From Pseudovirgaria hyperparasitica (lineage: Eukaryota), in NCBI GenBank assembly GCA_010093815.1, contig ML996590.1: DNA of 64,000 nt. The stretch is one strand, 5' to 3'. Positions 1-13,400 of this stretch are shown piece after piece. The notes beneath the pieces were generated by a model. It made no database searches. It saw nothing but the letters and a program-made list of their open reading frames with translations, and had not been told where the DNA came from. Position 1 is the stretch's first letter. Each line of letters begins with the position of its first letter. The position numbers were made by a program, and so were the translations under genes.

Positions 1-3000
1 TCTACTAAATTAATATACTAGGGCTTATAAGGATAAAGCTAGTTATATATAGTAATTAGTTAATATTATAGAATAGTTATAGATTAGTAACTATAAATAG
101 TAGACTATATAGTTAGCTTAACTATAGTACTTATTTTTAGTTAATAGATCTAGATCTAGTACTAACCTTTAAGTAAATAATATAGAAAAGTACTTAATAG
201 TTATATATCTATAAAATACTTAGTAAATATATATATTATAACGTAGCTCGTTATAATAGATATTAATAGCTCTCTATCTATAATAGCTAGAGGCGGATAG
301 ATATTATAACTTTAAGTAGTTATTAATCTAGTTAGACTTCTAGTAGACTATTTCTATAAGCTTATTTAAGGTTATATTCTTTAACTAAGTCTAATAGAAG
401 TATACTTCGCCGTATCTACTAACCGAATTCTAGACCGTTGCTATATACTGTTACCTAGTATTTAATAGTTAGTTTATAATTATATCTAATTTAAATATAG
501 CGCTAATTATAGATAGTTATCGCTATCTACTTATTTATAATAGTAAGTAGGTATATATCTTCTCTATAGTCGAAGTAGTTAAGTTCCTTTAGAAATGGTT
601 CTAACTACTTAATAGATATTACTAGGTGTATTTTCTATATCCCTGGTAGCTCTAGTTCGTATATCTAATAGTCTACAACGCGTTTTATTAGTACTAGCCC
701 GACTTACTATTAGCTAAGCTTATAATAGATGCCTAGAATCTTATACCCTTTATATAGTTAAATATAGACCTAGTTACTAGGAGCGAGATCTAGTAGAGAT
801 ATATAGCGTATATCGAAACGCTCCTTTATACGCGTCTAGGTAAATACTAGTACGTCTAACGCCTCTTTCTAGTTTATATTATACTTTTAGATGTAATTAT
901 TTACTTCTATTAAACTAGTCTCCTTAAATAGAGCGCCTTTAGATAGTTAGAAGCTATATAATATCTTATTTAGAGATTTTTATATTAAGGAGTTTATTAA
1001 ATTATTTATAAGTTACTAGACTAATAGAACATAGATTATCTAGTCTATGGCCGGTAATATTAAAATAAGAAAACATAGGGTAATCTCTACCGTTTAGTTT
1101 GTACGTTCGCTTTAACTATTACTCTACTTATAATAGATAGTTAATACTAGGATTTTAGTATTAATGCCCTCTAAAATTCCTTTCTAAAATAATAATAGGA
1201 ATTTTTAGTCCCTATTATAAATAATTATAGCTAGAACTCTCTATTCTAGTAGTATACTCCTTCTAAATATAGTTATCTATTATATAGTAGTCTAGTCGTT
1301 TTAGCCTAGAATAAGATAGATTCGCTTAGTAAACTTATCTATTACTATAAGTAGTATATTAAGTCTATTCTATATTAGTAGTCTAATAATAAAATCTATT
1401 ATAACTATATAAAATAGTATTAGTAGTAACTAGACTAGCTTTAATTCGCTATATAGTATATATCTTTATATCTAGTAAGTTTTATAGATAGAATAGTACT
1501 AAATATAGTACTTTAGACGCTTTATAAGCTAATAAATAAAGTAGCCTAAGCGAATTTAATCGTATACTTAGAAAAAACCTATATAAGTACTTTTATTATA
1601 GAATTAAGCGAAAATGTCTCTATTAAGTAATTTTAGTATATAGATCTAATATTATCTATTAAGCTAATTAATATAATAAATTATACTATTAGTAAATTAA
1701 AAAGAAATCGATCGGATAATATTATTATCCTAGTCTACTACTATAGCTTTTATACTTATCTAGTACTTATTATTATTATATATATTAGCTAGCTACCTTA
1801 TAAACTTTAGATTAATTTTAACTATTATAATATTAAATATTAAGAGCTCCTTAAGAATGTCTAAGTCTCTTAGCTAGACTCTATTATAGATCTAATAGAG
1901 CTAAGAAAGAGCGTTAGGTACTACGTGCTCTTTATCTAGTCTATATTTAAGCTCTAGGTTAAACTATAATAGATACTATAAGGCCCGTACTAGTTAGAGA
2001 TTTAGCTTATTAACTAAGAAGCTTATAAGCGCCATCTACTAAACGATACTTAGTATAGCTATATAGTTAGTAATAATAATTATTAGTTAGTCTAAACTAT
2101 TAACTATATAGCGTATTTAGCATATAGTCTATATAACTACTACTACTTTAAGCTCTATTAGCTAGTACTATAACTTAGCTATAGAGAGTTCTTTACTAAG
2201 GTATAGAATAGACTTAATATCTAATTATCTAATCTTTATAATATCGCTCTCTTCCCCTTTAATATAGTAAGTAAAGACTCTAAAGCTATACTTTAATACA
2301 TTAATATCTATATAGAGCTATCGTTTTAGATTATAGTAGACGAGCTTAGTCTCGTCTATAAAGGCGGCCTAAATACCCTTTAATAACGCTAGTAGCTAGT
2401 CTATTTAAGTAATCTTTATTTATTTATAATATACTATACATGTATATCCCGCTAAAGATACTTCTTTAAGAAGCCGCGTTTTCTCTATCTATAGATTCTA
2501 GGCAAGTTAAGCGTAATATAGTACGTATTACTATAATTAACCGGTTAGTCTAAGGTAGTATTTAAGCTTATCGAGCGTTTTAGAATACTAGAGATTATAT
2601 ATAGCTACTAATTTCTCGGCTATAGTAGAAAGTCTATAAGTATTAATCTTCTAACTAAGTAGAGTAATAGATAGGTATTCTAAGTAATACTTTTTACCTT
2701 TAAGCGTTAGGTTTCTCGCTTATAGTATAGTAAATACCTACTAAAGGTAGTTAAGATACTCGTTAAGTTCCTTACTAAATATAGAAATATTATTAATATA
2801 CGCCATAGTAAACGCCTCGTATCTAGCGTTATATAAGATCTTATTAATCTACCTCTATATATATAGTAGAGAGTTATAGAAACCTATTAGAATAATATTT
2901 AACTACTTCTAGCCCTAGTATAATATAAATATTAGTTTATAACGGTCTTTCTTAGTAACCGGTTACTAGTAGAAGAAGCTAGCTATATTAATAATAGATA

Positions 3001-6000
3001 TAAACTTCTTTCTAGCCGTATATTAGATAATATCGCCCTAGAGTAGTAATAGATAGAAGTCCTTAATACTAATTTTATTTAGGCCTCTTATATCTCTAAC
3101 TATCTAACTAGTATTCTCGCGCGATATCTAGGTAAGTAACTTTACTATAGAGTATATAATAAATATTAGGAAACCGAACGGTATAGACTATATTAGATAT
3201 TCTATATAACCTTATATATAAAGCTTATTATAGGTCTTATTAATAATAGTCTTACTACTTACCCCTAACGGGTAGATATAGTAGCTTAGCTTTATACTAG
3301 CCGTTTTCTAGTCGCTTACTAGGGGAATATACATCTAGTCTTTCTCTAGAATATTTATAAGTTCTATATTATAAAATAAGTTAGTATAACTTTAGACGAT
3401 ATTATTAAACTTCTAGATAGTTACTTTATCTTTAGTATAAATCTTTATACTAAACACGTCTATCTATTTAACTTTATTAAGTTAAGTAAGCTTTATAGAT
3501 AATCTCTCTATACTATCTAAAGAAACTACTTTAGTCTAAAATATATAGAGAGCGTCTATTTCGTCTATTAATATACTAAGTCTTATATTTTTATTTATAT
3601 ATACTAATCTAAATCTATAGTTTATAATAAATATATATACTATACTTTAGTTAGTAAGATATATATAGATACCTCCGCCTTAACTAAGCCTTATACTTAT
3701 ATATATTAGAGTAAATATATAATCTTCTATAGCTAACTTATACTAGTAATAGATTATAATCGGGACTAGCGTAAGTATTTATAGCTAGAGAATAGTATAC
3801 TATAAAATAGTTACTTCCTAGTATACTACTAGTTAAATAGTAGTAGTAAAGGTTAGTATAGTAATCCCGCTATATATACCGATAGTTATTATATACGTAC
3901 TTATATAGATATCTATCTTCTAAGAAACTATAACGTCCGTTTTAAGAAGAAGACCTATCTATAGATAGTTAAGGATATATATCTTATATATTACTTTCGT
4001 AGTTACCACGGTTAAATTATTAGATATTTAGCCTAGGAGGAATAGTATAATAACTATGATTTTAGTTAACTTTATAGGCTTAACTCCCTCTACTCCCTAA
4101 ATAGAAATAGATAGTTAGATAAGTATTTAGATATTAGAGTTCTACTATTTAAGAAAAGCTTAGTTAATTAGTATTACTATACTTCTAGTATCTAGATAGA
4201 TATATTTAATGGGGCTATTAAGACTAAGTAAGGCCTTAACTTAGATATAGTATAATCCTTTATACGCTTAGCTGGTATCTAGTAGACTATTAACTAATAA
4301 TAGTATTACGTTACCCTAGATATTATAATATATAATATCTAATCTTAGAACTATATAATTATATAGGGGAACTTTAGCCTTTACTATTATCTTAAGATAC
4401 TTTCTATTCTTAAGGTACTTAAATAGCTTATTTCGTGATAGAAATACCTCGTTATAAATATTATATTAGATCTAGTATACTAGATATATATTAGTTCCTT
4501 AGTATACTATAAATTATAAAGGTAGACTCTTATTAATATCGCTAGATAGTAGATTAAGGCTAGCGCGGCCGGTTTCGTTACTAAACTATACTAGTTTAAT
4601 AGTATCTATATTAGTTAGTCTAAGGTAGAAGAAGACTTCTTTAACCTCTATATAGTAAGCGTCTTTAATATCTAGATTATATAATTCTTTTTAAATATTA
4701 TACGTCTAGTAGAACGGTTATAGTAGTTAGATAAACTATCTATTATTACTAAGAGACCGAGACTAGCTAGTATAGAGCTTATTAGTTATTCTAGAACTAG
4801 TAGAATAGTCTATAGAAGCGTTAGTTATAGCTAGTAGCTAATATACGTTAGCTAATGCCTTTTAATTACCTTAATCTAAATCTTCTAATTCTTATTAGAA
4901 CTACTATAGAGGGTAGAGCTAGTATAAGTTATAACGTTAATTAGATTAATTAGTTATAAAATAATAGCTATTAGACTAGCCCTAGTCTTAAGAGTTACTA
5001 AACGGTTAAGGTAAGTTATAGTAATAAGAGCTATTATATTAACTATCTTCTCTTTCTTATTAAGTAAATTAACTTAAAATACTATACTATATACTACTAA
5101 GATAATAGTAGATAAGTTAGTACTATTCTTCGTGTTTTACTTATAGAGTCTATATAAATTAGACTAGAGATATAGATTTAGTTAGTAGAGATAGACCCTA
5201 GTAAAGGAGAATATTAATACTATTCTATATAAACGTCTAAGCGTTTTAGCTAGAAGGGTCTAATAGCTATATAGTACTATAGTTATAAGCTATAGTATAT
5301 ATATATAAAGTAACGTTAGTTTATAAGCGGGTCTATTAGAGAGTATATCTTTATATTATAAGAGATAATAGAGTATTAGATAATAGCTACTTAAACTACT
5401 TAATTAAGGCTATAGTCTAGGTATCTAAACTAGGTAAGTAATAGAGCGCTTCCTTCTTAAGATCGGATAATTCTAATATAAACTACTTAAGGGTATATTC
5501 TTATAGATATTAGAAGATTTTTAACTTAATAGTTTTAGTTTCTCTAGCTATAGTAGCGTCTTTAATCTAGTTAAGGAAGATATATACGCTATATATATAT
5601 ATATTCTAACTAGTAAAAATAATATCTCTATCTCTAAAGCTATAATCTAAGTCGGGCTAGAAGAATCTAATTTCTTATATTCTAAACCCTTAGCTATCTT
5701 TATTATCATTAAATAGTAGGTTTTTACTACTATCTATTAGGTTTTAGTTATTATCTTATAAAATACCTACCCGCTAAGTAAGAGTCTACTAGATTATAGC
5801 TATAATTATAGTCTACTACCTTACTATAAAGTCTCTATTATTAGTCGTTAGGGCCCTAGCTAGTATACTACTATTACCGGCGTCTATTTCTATCTAATAT
5901 AGTATAGTATATTCTACTAAAGTACTAGTACGTTTAGGGTAGTCTAATATAGTAGCTTCTATACTAGAGTTTACTATATAATTAATAGAGTCTAATAAGC

Positions 6001-7494
6001 TTAAGAAAGCCCTAGGGAACCTAGTAGTTAATAGATACTAAGCGCGAATTAATAGATTATTTAGAAATAAGTTATACACCTCTTATAACACTAGGTAATT
6101 TATTAACTACTATAGTAGAAAAGGCTTAGTAGCTAGCCTTCTACTTTATAAGGAACGTTCTAGAGTAGAGAGTAGTAGATAGTTAGTAATAAGATAATTA
6201 AGTACTATCTTAAGTAGTAGTAGATTTCTAAATATCTATTAATTAACTTATCTATAACTAAATAGTTAATACCCTAGAAGAACTAAGTCCTCTAGTAATA
6301 ATATAAGCTATTATTATAAGCGGCTAGTAAGAGTATAGTAAATATAAAATTACTAGTATCTAGCGTATAATAGAAAACTTTTTAAGCTAAATAGTAAAAT
6401 ATAGAAGTAATAGAGTTATAGATACCTAGTTTAATCTATATATAGTCTCGTAACCGGTAAATAGAGTATTCTTAAGCTCTAGAGAGTTAAGTTTATAGTA
6501 ATATAATAAGTCTATTCTACTTATACCGTGTACTAGAAGGAGGACGTCTTACTAGCCTATAATAAAGTAGTTAGTATAGGTAGTATAGTAAAAAGGAGGT
6601 TACTTAAACTAGTAATCGTCCTAGTATTACTATATTAACTAAGATAGTCTAGTAAAGAGGACTTAGTATTTAAAGTATATAAACTAGTAGGTACTAATTA
6701 TTAGCTACTACTTTATTAAGATTATTAATAAGTTAAGTTAAATTAGTTATTGTAAGGAGGCGGACTCCACGTACTAACTAACTATACTAAAAGAACCGAA
6801 TCTGAAAGCTACTGCTTTAAGGGTGGAGCATACTACTTATATACGACTACTATATACATGTAGAATTAACTGGTAGGCCACGTGCTCCTTACGTGCCTAA
6901 TATTATCTCCCTTCTTAAAGGCGCGTGTCCTTACGCGTCGTAGGCATACTATCTTATGAAAGATAAACTAAACTAGCCGTAACGGGCCTAGTATACGCGC
7001 TAGCCATACTAGGCCTAGCATAAACCATGTGCATATAATCGATATTCGCAATGCCGCCTCTAGCACTAGATACGCTAACTTACCGTAGTAACGTTACTAC
7101 TATGTTATCTATTATGTATATAAAGTACACGTAACGTGGTAAGCTAAACGGAATCATGCGAAATTTAATAACGGTTAACTAGACCGAGAGTTAAACCCGT
7201 GACCCCGTAGTAGCTTTAAGATTATATAAGGAGGCGGGCTCTACGCACTAACTAACTATACTAAAAGGACCGAATCTTAAAGCTACTACTTCAAGGGTGA
7301 AGCATACTACTTATATACGACTACTATACACATGTAGAATCAACTGGTAGGCCACGTGCTCCTTACGTGCCTAATAGTTATAAAGTATACTATTTTCTAT
7401 CTACGTATACGGTCGGTTGTATTTATATATCCAACCGGTTCGCTACTATCTATAGTAATTATACATGATATATACTACTACTATAGCTATAACA
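1..7494 (-). mobile_element. RIP-degraded Ty3/gypsy LTR retrotransposon, family A (3' end outside window)
   Basis: Minus-strand relics: protease LLDT(S/G) ~4271-4285; RT 'KKFISIINIASFFY*' ~2960-3010 and 'AFTMAYINNISI' (=YIDDI) ~2780-2820; RNase H/integrase-like sequence further left. Probable 5' LTR starts TGTT at 7494 with TATA-like GATATATAAATA and AATAAA. Sequence right of 7494 is LINE L0. Confidence 0.8.
6751..7376 (-). mobile_element. TRIM-like miniature non-autonomous LTR element, copy 1
   Basis: 152-bp direct repeats 6751-6902 and 7225-7376 (TG...CA termini, partly RIPed); 322-bp non-coding interior; 5-bp TSD GTTAT (6746-6750, 7377-7381); minus-strand polypurine tract AAGAAGGGAGATAA next to 6902. 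Confidence 0.92.
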
Positions 7495-10400
7495 TCTCTA
7501 GTATAGATAGTATAGAAGTTCTATAGCTCCCGTTTAGGCTTAGAGGAGAATAGATATCTAGGCTTTTATAAGCCCCTTATATATCTATTTACTTAGTTTC
7601 TTCTATAGTTCTTAAATCTACTCTAGATATCTATTCTATTAAAATATCTAGTAGGTTTAGAGGGTCTCTCTCTATTTATTCTAGATCTATAACTTTATAG
7701 TCTATATAAGCTCTTAAGGGTTCTACTAGTCTAGAGAGATATCTAGGTTATCCTCTATCTTCTATATAATCTAGTTTAAGTCTATCTCTATTAGATACTT
7801 ATATTATATCTAGGTTTAGTCTATATATAGTAGTACTTAATAGTAGGTACTAACTTATATATATAGTATAGTAAATATATATTCTACGTGTCCCCTATAT
7901 TTCTATACTTATTATTTAGTAAAGTATATTACCCTCTATATCTAGTAGAAGTTCTATATACTTATTATATTTATCTCGCGTTATAGTAGTACTATATTAG
8001 TAGCTTTATATACGCTAGATATAAGGCGGAGTATATAGTTCTATATAGACTTAAGCTTTATTTACCTAGTCTATATAAGGACTATATACTAGTACTTATA
8101 TCTATATATAAAGGCGGGTCTTACTATAGAGATATATAGCTAGCGCGTCTTATTCTAGGTGGTTCTCTATATAGAGGCCGTAATCTAGTATATAGTAGCT
8201 TCTATCTTAAGAGCTCTAGATATAGTATAAGTAATCTATAGGCCCTATTTAAGTTTATTATTAATTATAATACTAAGTATATATATACTCTATATTAGTA
8301 GTTTAGAGAAAGTATCTATTATAGAATATTACTCTTCTTCTCTAGTAGTCTACCTTCTATAGTAGTTAATAAAGTATATAAGTTAGTATTTCTTAGGGGC
8401 TAACTTTACTCTATAGCGCTTTACCTACTAGATATACCTCTTATAGTCTTATTTAAGGTATTTATATATTAAACTAGTATTATTATTAATAGCTAGAAGG
8501 TATATATTATTAGTATATTCTACTATCTCTATATAGTATATTCTCTATAGAAGATCTATAGTAAAGAAGAGAAAGGGAATTAGAGAGATAGTATTTTCTT
8601 ATAGAATACTATATATTATCTTCTTATATTTACTTTAATATCTAGAGATATATATCTAGGTAATTCTTTTAGTAAGGAAGAACTATATAAACTTTATAAT
8701 CTATTTAGGTATATATCTCTTCTATAGATTATAGATAAGTCTTATATAGTTTACCTTATTAAATATACTAGCTATATTAAGAGAGAGTAATATTACTATA
8801 TATCTCTACTTCTATATAGTCTAAATAACTTTAAGAATATATTAGATAGTAGTAATTAGAGAGCTCTCTATCTTTATCTTCTAGTTTACTAGAAGAAGAT
8901 TATATTCTTATACTATAGTACTTATCTTCTTTATAATTATAGTCTTAAATATCTTACTAAGATAGAAGAGAAGGGTAATTAGTCTCTATCCTTTTAGAGA
9001 GTTAGAATTCTTCTCTAGCTTTAGAAGTATAATAGTATAAGTAGTCTAGAAGCTTTAGAGATAGTATCTATTCTTAGTATATATCTAGAAGATAAGACTA
9101 ATAAGTAGTAGAGTTATCTATATAGTATATTTAAGATATATATTTAGTATTCTATCTAGTCTAGGCGCTTTATTATTTAGAAGTACTTTAATAGTATTAA
9201 GTATATTCTCTTCCGTAATCTCTATAGAGATATTAACTATATCTAGATATATAGTATTATTAATATCTAATAGGTCTACTAGCTCTAGAGGGGGAAATAT
9301 AACTTCTTAGAGAATCTCTATCTTTTCGGGACTTATAGTATATATCCTTCCCTAGTATATTAGGGGATATATTAGTAGTAGTAGTATTAGTATATCCACG
9401 CTCTTAGTCTACTTTACTATATACTATAGTTCTATAGTCTATTATATATATTTATTAGTAATTATATACTAGTATTTATATTATTTATTATAGAGGGTTC
9501 TATTATAAGATTAGATTACCTCTTTCTATTCTTTCTATATCTTAGCTATCTAGATATAGTATATACGTATATATAGTCTCTAGGCTTCCTATCTACTTTT
9601 ATATATTTAAGGTATACCCCTTATATCTAGGGGCTTATATATTTAGTATAGTATATATTTATCTCTTAAGTCTTAGAAGACTTAAAGAAGGGCTTATACG
9701 GCTCTATCTATAGCCGGGCTATTAGATATATTAACTATAGAGAGATCTAGAATTACTAATTCTAGATCCTTTCTATACTTCTCCTAGTTAGTATCTTTCT
9801 ATATCTATTTTCTCTATTATTTATTAGATATAAATATATCTATTATAGTCTCTATATATATAGTTAGAGTCTATCTATATCTTACTAGGGCGGTAGTATT
9901 ATACTCTATAGCTTATATATTCTATAATAAGGGAGAGGTTAAGTATAGATCCCTCCTTATTCTATTTATATTTTCTCTATATAATCTATCTAACTAGTAT
10001 AAGAAGGTATAGGAGGTCTTAGTATCTTATATATAGTTCTCTTACCCTAAGCTCTTCCCTAGTAACTATTAGACCTCTCTACTATCTATAGTAGAGATTA
10101 AAGTTATCTAGAAGAATATATTATTCTAGTACCATAATACTCTCTAGTATAGTATCTAGTATAAGTAATTCTCTCTAGTTATAGATATTATAGATATAGA
10201 GGGGCCTTATATTTATCTAGAGATATAGTATTATTTAGAGGTTATCTCGTTCTATATAGGACTATTCTAAGAGTAGAATTAATTTATATATATAGAATAG
10301 GACTCTTCTATCTAGGCTTAGGGAGTAGATAGTATAGTATCCTAGGTATGTTATTAGTTTATTAGTTTAGTAGTATTTATATAGCTTCTAGATAGCTATT

Positions 10401-13400
10401 ATTACGGTATCTATCTCTTCTAGAAGTATAGTCTAGTTTTCTTATTTATATTATATGTTCGCCTATATAATAATAAATATATCTTAGCTTCTTATTAGGT
10501 ACTAGAGAATACTTAAGTCTATATACTAGTAGTATTAAGGCACGACTATCTCTATATAGTAGCTACCTTAAGAATACTCTAGGGTCGCTCTATCTTTCTC
10601 TATATAGTATACTATTATATATTAGTTCTATCCCCTTATAGATTAGTAGATATAGCTATAAGTAAGGTTAGAGTAGATAGTAGAGACCTTATAGTCTAGT
10701 ATATCTATCTTACTTCTCTCGCCTTTATAGCGTTAATATATTTAGTAACTTATTTATATTTTATATATATTACTAACTAGAATAGATATTTTCTATTATA
10801 GTTAGAGTACTTAGTAGTATCTCTATTCTATATACCGTCGCTCTAGATTCTATAGAGGTATTTCTAGATACTATAGCTCTAATAATACTAGCTATATATA
10901 GCCTTTTAAGAGTATCTCTACCCGGTATATCTATACCCTTAATAGTTAAAGTAAACTATTAATTCATTCTTAGAGGCTCACACCCTAACGGACTAAACTG
11001 GTTAATTTAGGGTAATACAGCGATCTACATACATTAAACAATAGAGTATACCAAGTATAACAACCTCCAATACACGTACGTACGTGTAGTATATAATACG
11101 CGACGACACCGACGTGTAGAGACGCTATATATATACGCTTGAAGGCTCTTCGATAACATGAGTATAGACTATCTCTAATAAACGCCGATACGCTAACCCC
11201 CTTTTTATTAGTTACGGGTAGCCCTTTACTAATAATTATAGCGGCCTTAGGCACCGACGTACCTCGGCTTCTACTAGGTATACCCCTAATACTAGTACGG
11301 TAGAAACGGCCATATAGTGGTATATCCTAGGACGATTAAACCCCTATCTAATAAACGACGAATAACTAAGGGCGTATAACGCCATAGATAATAGAGACGG
11401 AGGGGACCCCGCCCGGGGAGACCCTTCTAGATAAGATTAACTACTAGATAGTATGTATAGAGGGGGAAGTCGAGAAGGGAGAAACGGCCCTCCTTAGTAT
11501 CTTCCGGAACCTCGTCTAGAATATTAGAGAGCTTACTATAGAAGTAAAATAGGCGCCGGAACTAGACCTAGAATCCAGACTAGATCGTATAGAGGCCAGC
11601 CTATAGAGAATCTAGGAGGGCCTTACCTAGGGAAAACGCCCTAGTACGTAGGCATAGGTCGCCGCACCTATAAGCGGAATAGCTATATTAGCTAAAATAC
11701 TAAGGGCACCCACGGACGGGGTATATAGTATATAAGTTACTATCTAGGATAAAGAAGTACTCGTATAAGTCTAGCAAGCGTCCCTAAAGGATATTATAAA
11801 TAAGATTAATAAATAGAAAGGGATATAGTTAAATATAGTAGCCGCTAAACTTACCCTAGAAGGTATAGTACTAACTACTACTACTAATACGGCCTAGTAG
11901 ACTATCTCGCGTAACCTAAACACGATTAATAATATCTTCCCTAGCGCGTCCGTCCGCGTAACCACGTACCCAATATAGATATATACTATCTCTATCTAAG
12001 GACACGTTATCGGAGAAGACGATATTAAGTAAATAGAGTAATCTAATAAACCGAAGTACCCTAGGATTAAGATCGCGAAGGCGTGGTAGAAGAACGTCTA
12101 AGGGATTAAGATAAAATCGAAAAAGCACTCTACTATAATAGTAGAGCTTAGGGACCCCGCTCTCGTCTATAGAATAATATAGGAGGGCTTTCTAGCTAAA
12201 GGAGAGCTACTTACGGCGGAACCATAGGATAGGGTATAGGTAATAACGTAATGCTTTAACTATTAAGGATATAGGTATACTAGGTAGAGGTGCTCTTAGA
12301 AGACCGCCTATGGGTGGTATAAATAGGGCCATAATACTAAGGAATACCCTTATAAGACGCAGAGCGACGAGACGCGAGATAGGGACACCGCTAAGTACTC
12401 TAACTACGACGGGAAACACCTATCCTAGTCGGTAACGTGCACAAAACATAAGTAGATCGTAGAATATATTAACGCAATAAAGATAAGAGGGGCAAGGTAG
12501 ATATACCAAGCCATAAGGCCCTCGCTACCCTCACCGCCATCCCTAACTTTACTTATAAATCTAGTAACCACCCCCCGAAGGGGAGAGGATAACGCGTAAT
12601 AGTATACTATATAGAGAAAGATAGGCCGACCCCGGGGTATACTTAAAGCCGCTACCGCGCGAGGATAATCACGCCTTAGCGCTACTAACATATAGACTTA
12701 AACTTTCTCTAGCACCTAATAAGGGTATAAGATATACTTATTATTATATAGGCGAACGTATAATATAAACGAGAAAACTAAGCGACGCTTCTAGAAGAGA
12801 TAGAAGCCGTAATAATAGCCATCTAGAAACTATATAAATACTACTAAACTAATAAGCTAATAACACACCTAGGATACTATACTATCTACCCCACGGGCCT
12901 AGATAGGAGAGTTATATTTTATATATATAAGTCGATCCCGCTCTTAGAATGGTCTTATACCAAACATAATAACCTCCGGATGATACTATATCTCTAGATA
13001 AGTATAGGGCCTCTCCACATCTATAATATCTATAATTAATAGTAATCGCTCACGCTAGATGATATACTCGAGGGCACCACGATGCCGGGATAACATATCC
13101 TCCTAGGCGACTTTAATCTCTACTATAGATAGTAGGGAGGCCTAGCCGTCGCGAGAGAAGAACTTAGAGTAAGGGAACTATATATACGGTACCATGACTT
13201 CCTATACCTCCTTATACCTATAGGGTAGATTACCTAGAGGAAATATAAATAGAATGAGGACGGGTCTACGCTCGACCTCACCCTCGCCACCAAGTACATT
13301 AGCTATAGAGTATAGTACTACCGCCCGAGCCGGATATAGACGGACTCCGACCATGAATATATAGAAACTATAATAGACGTCTCTACTCTTAACGAATAAC

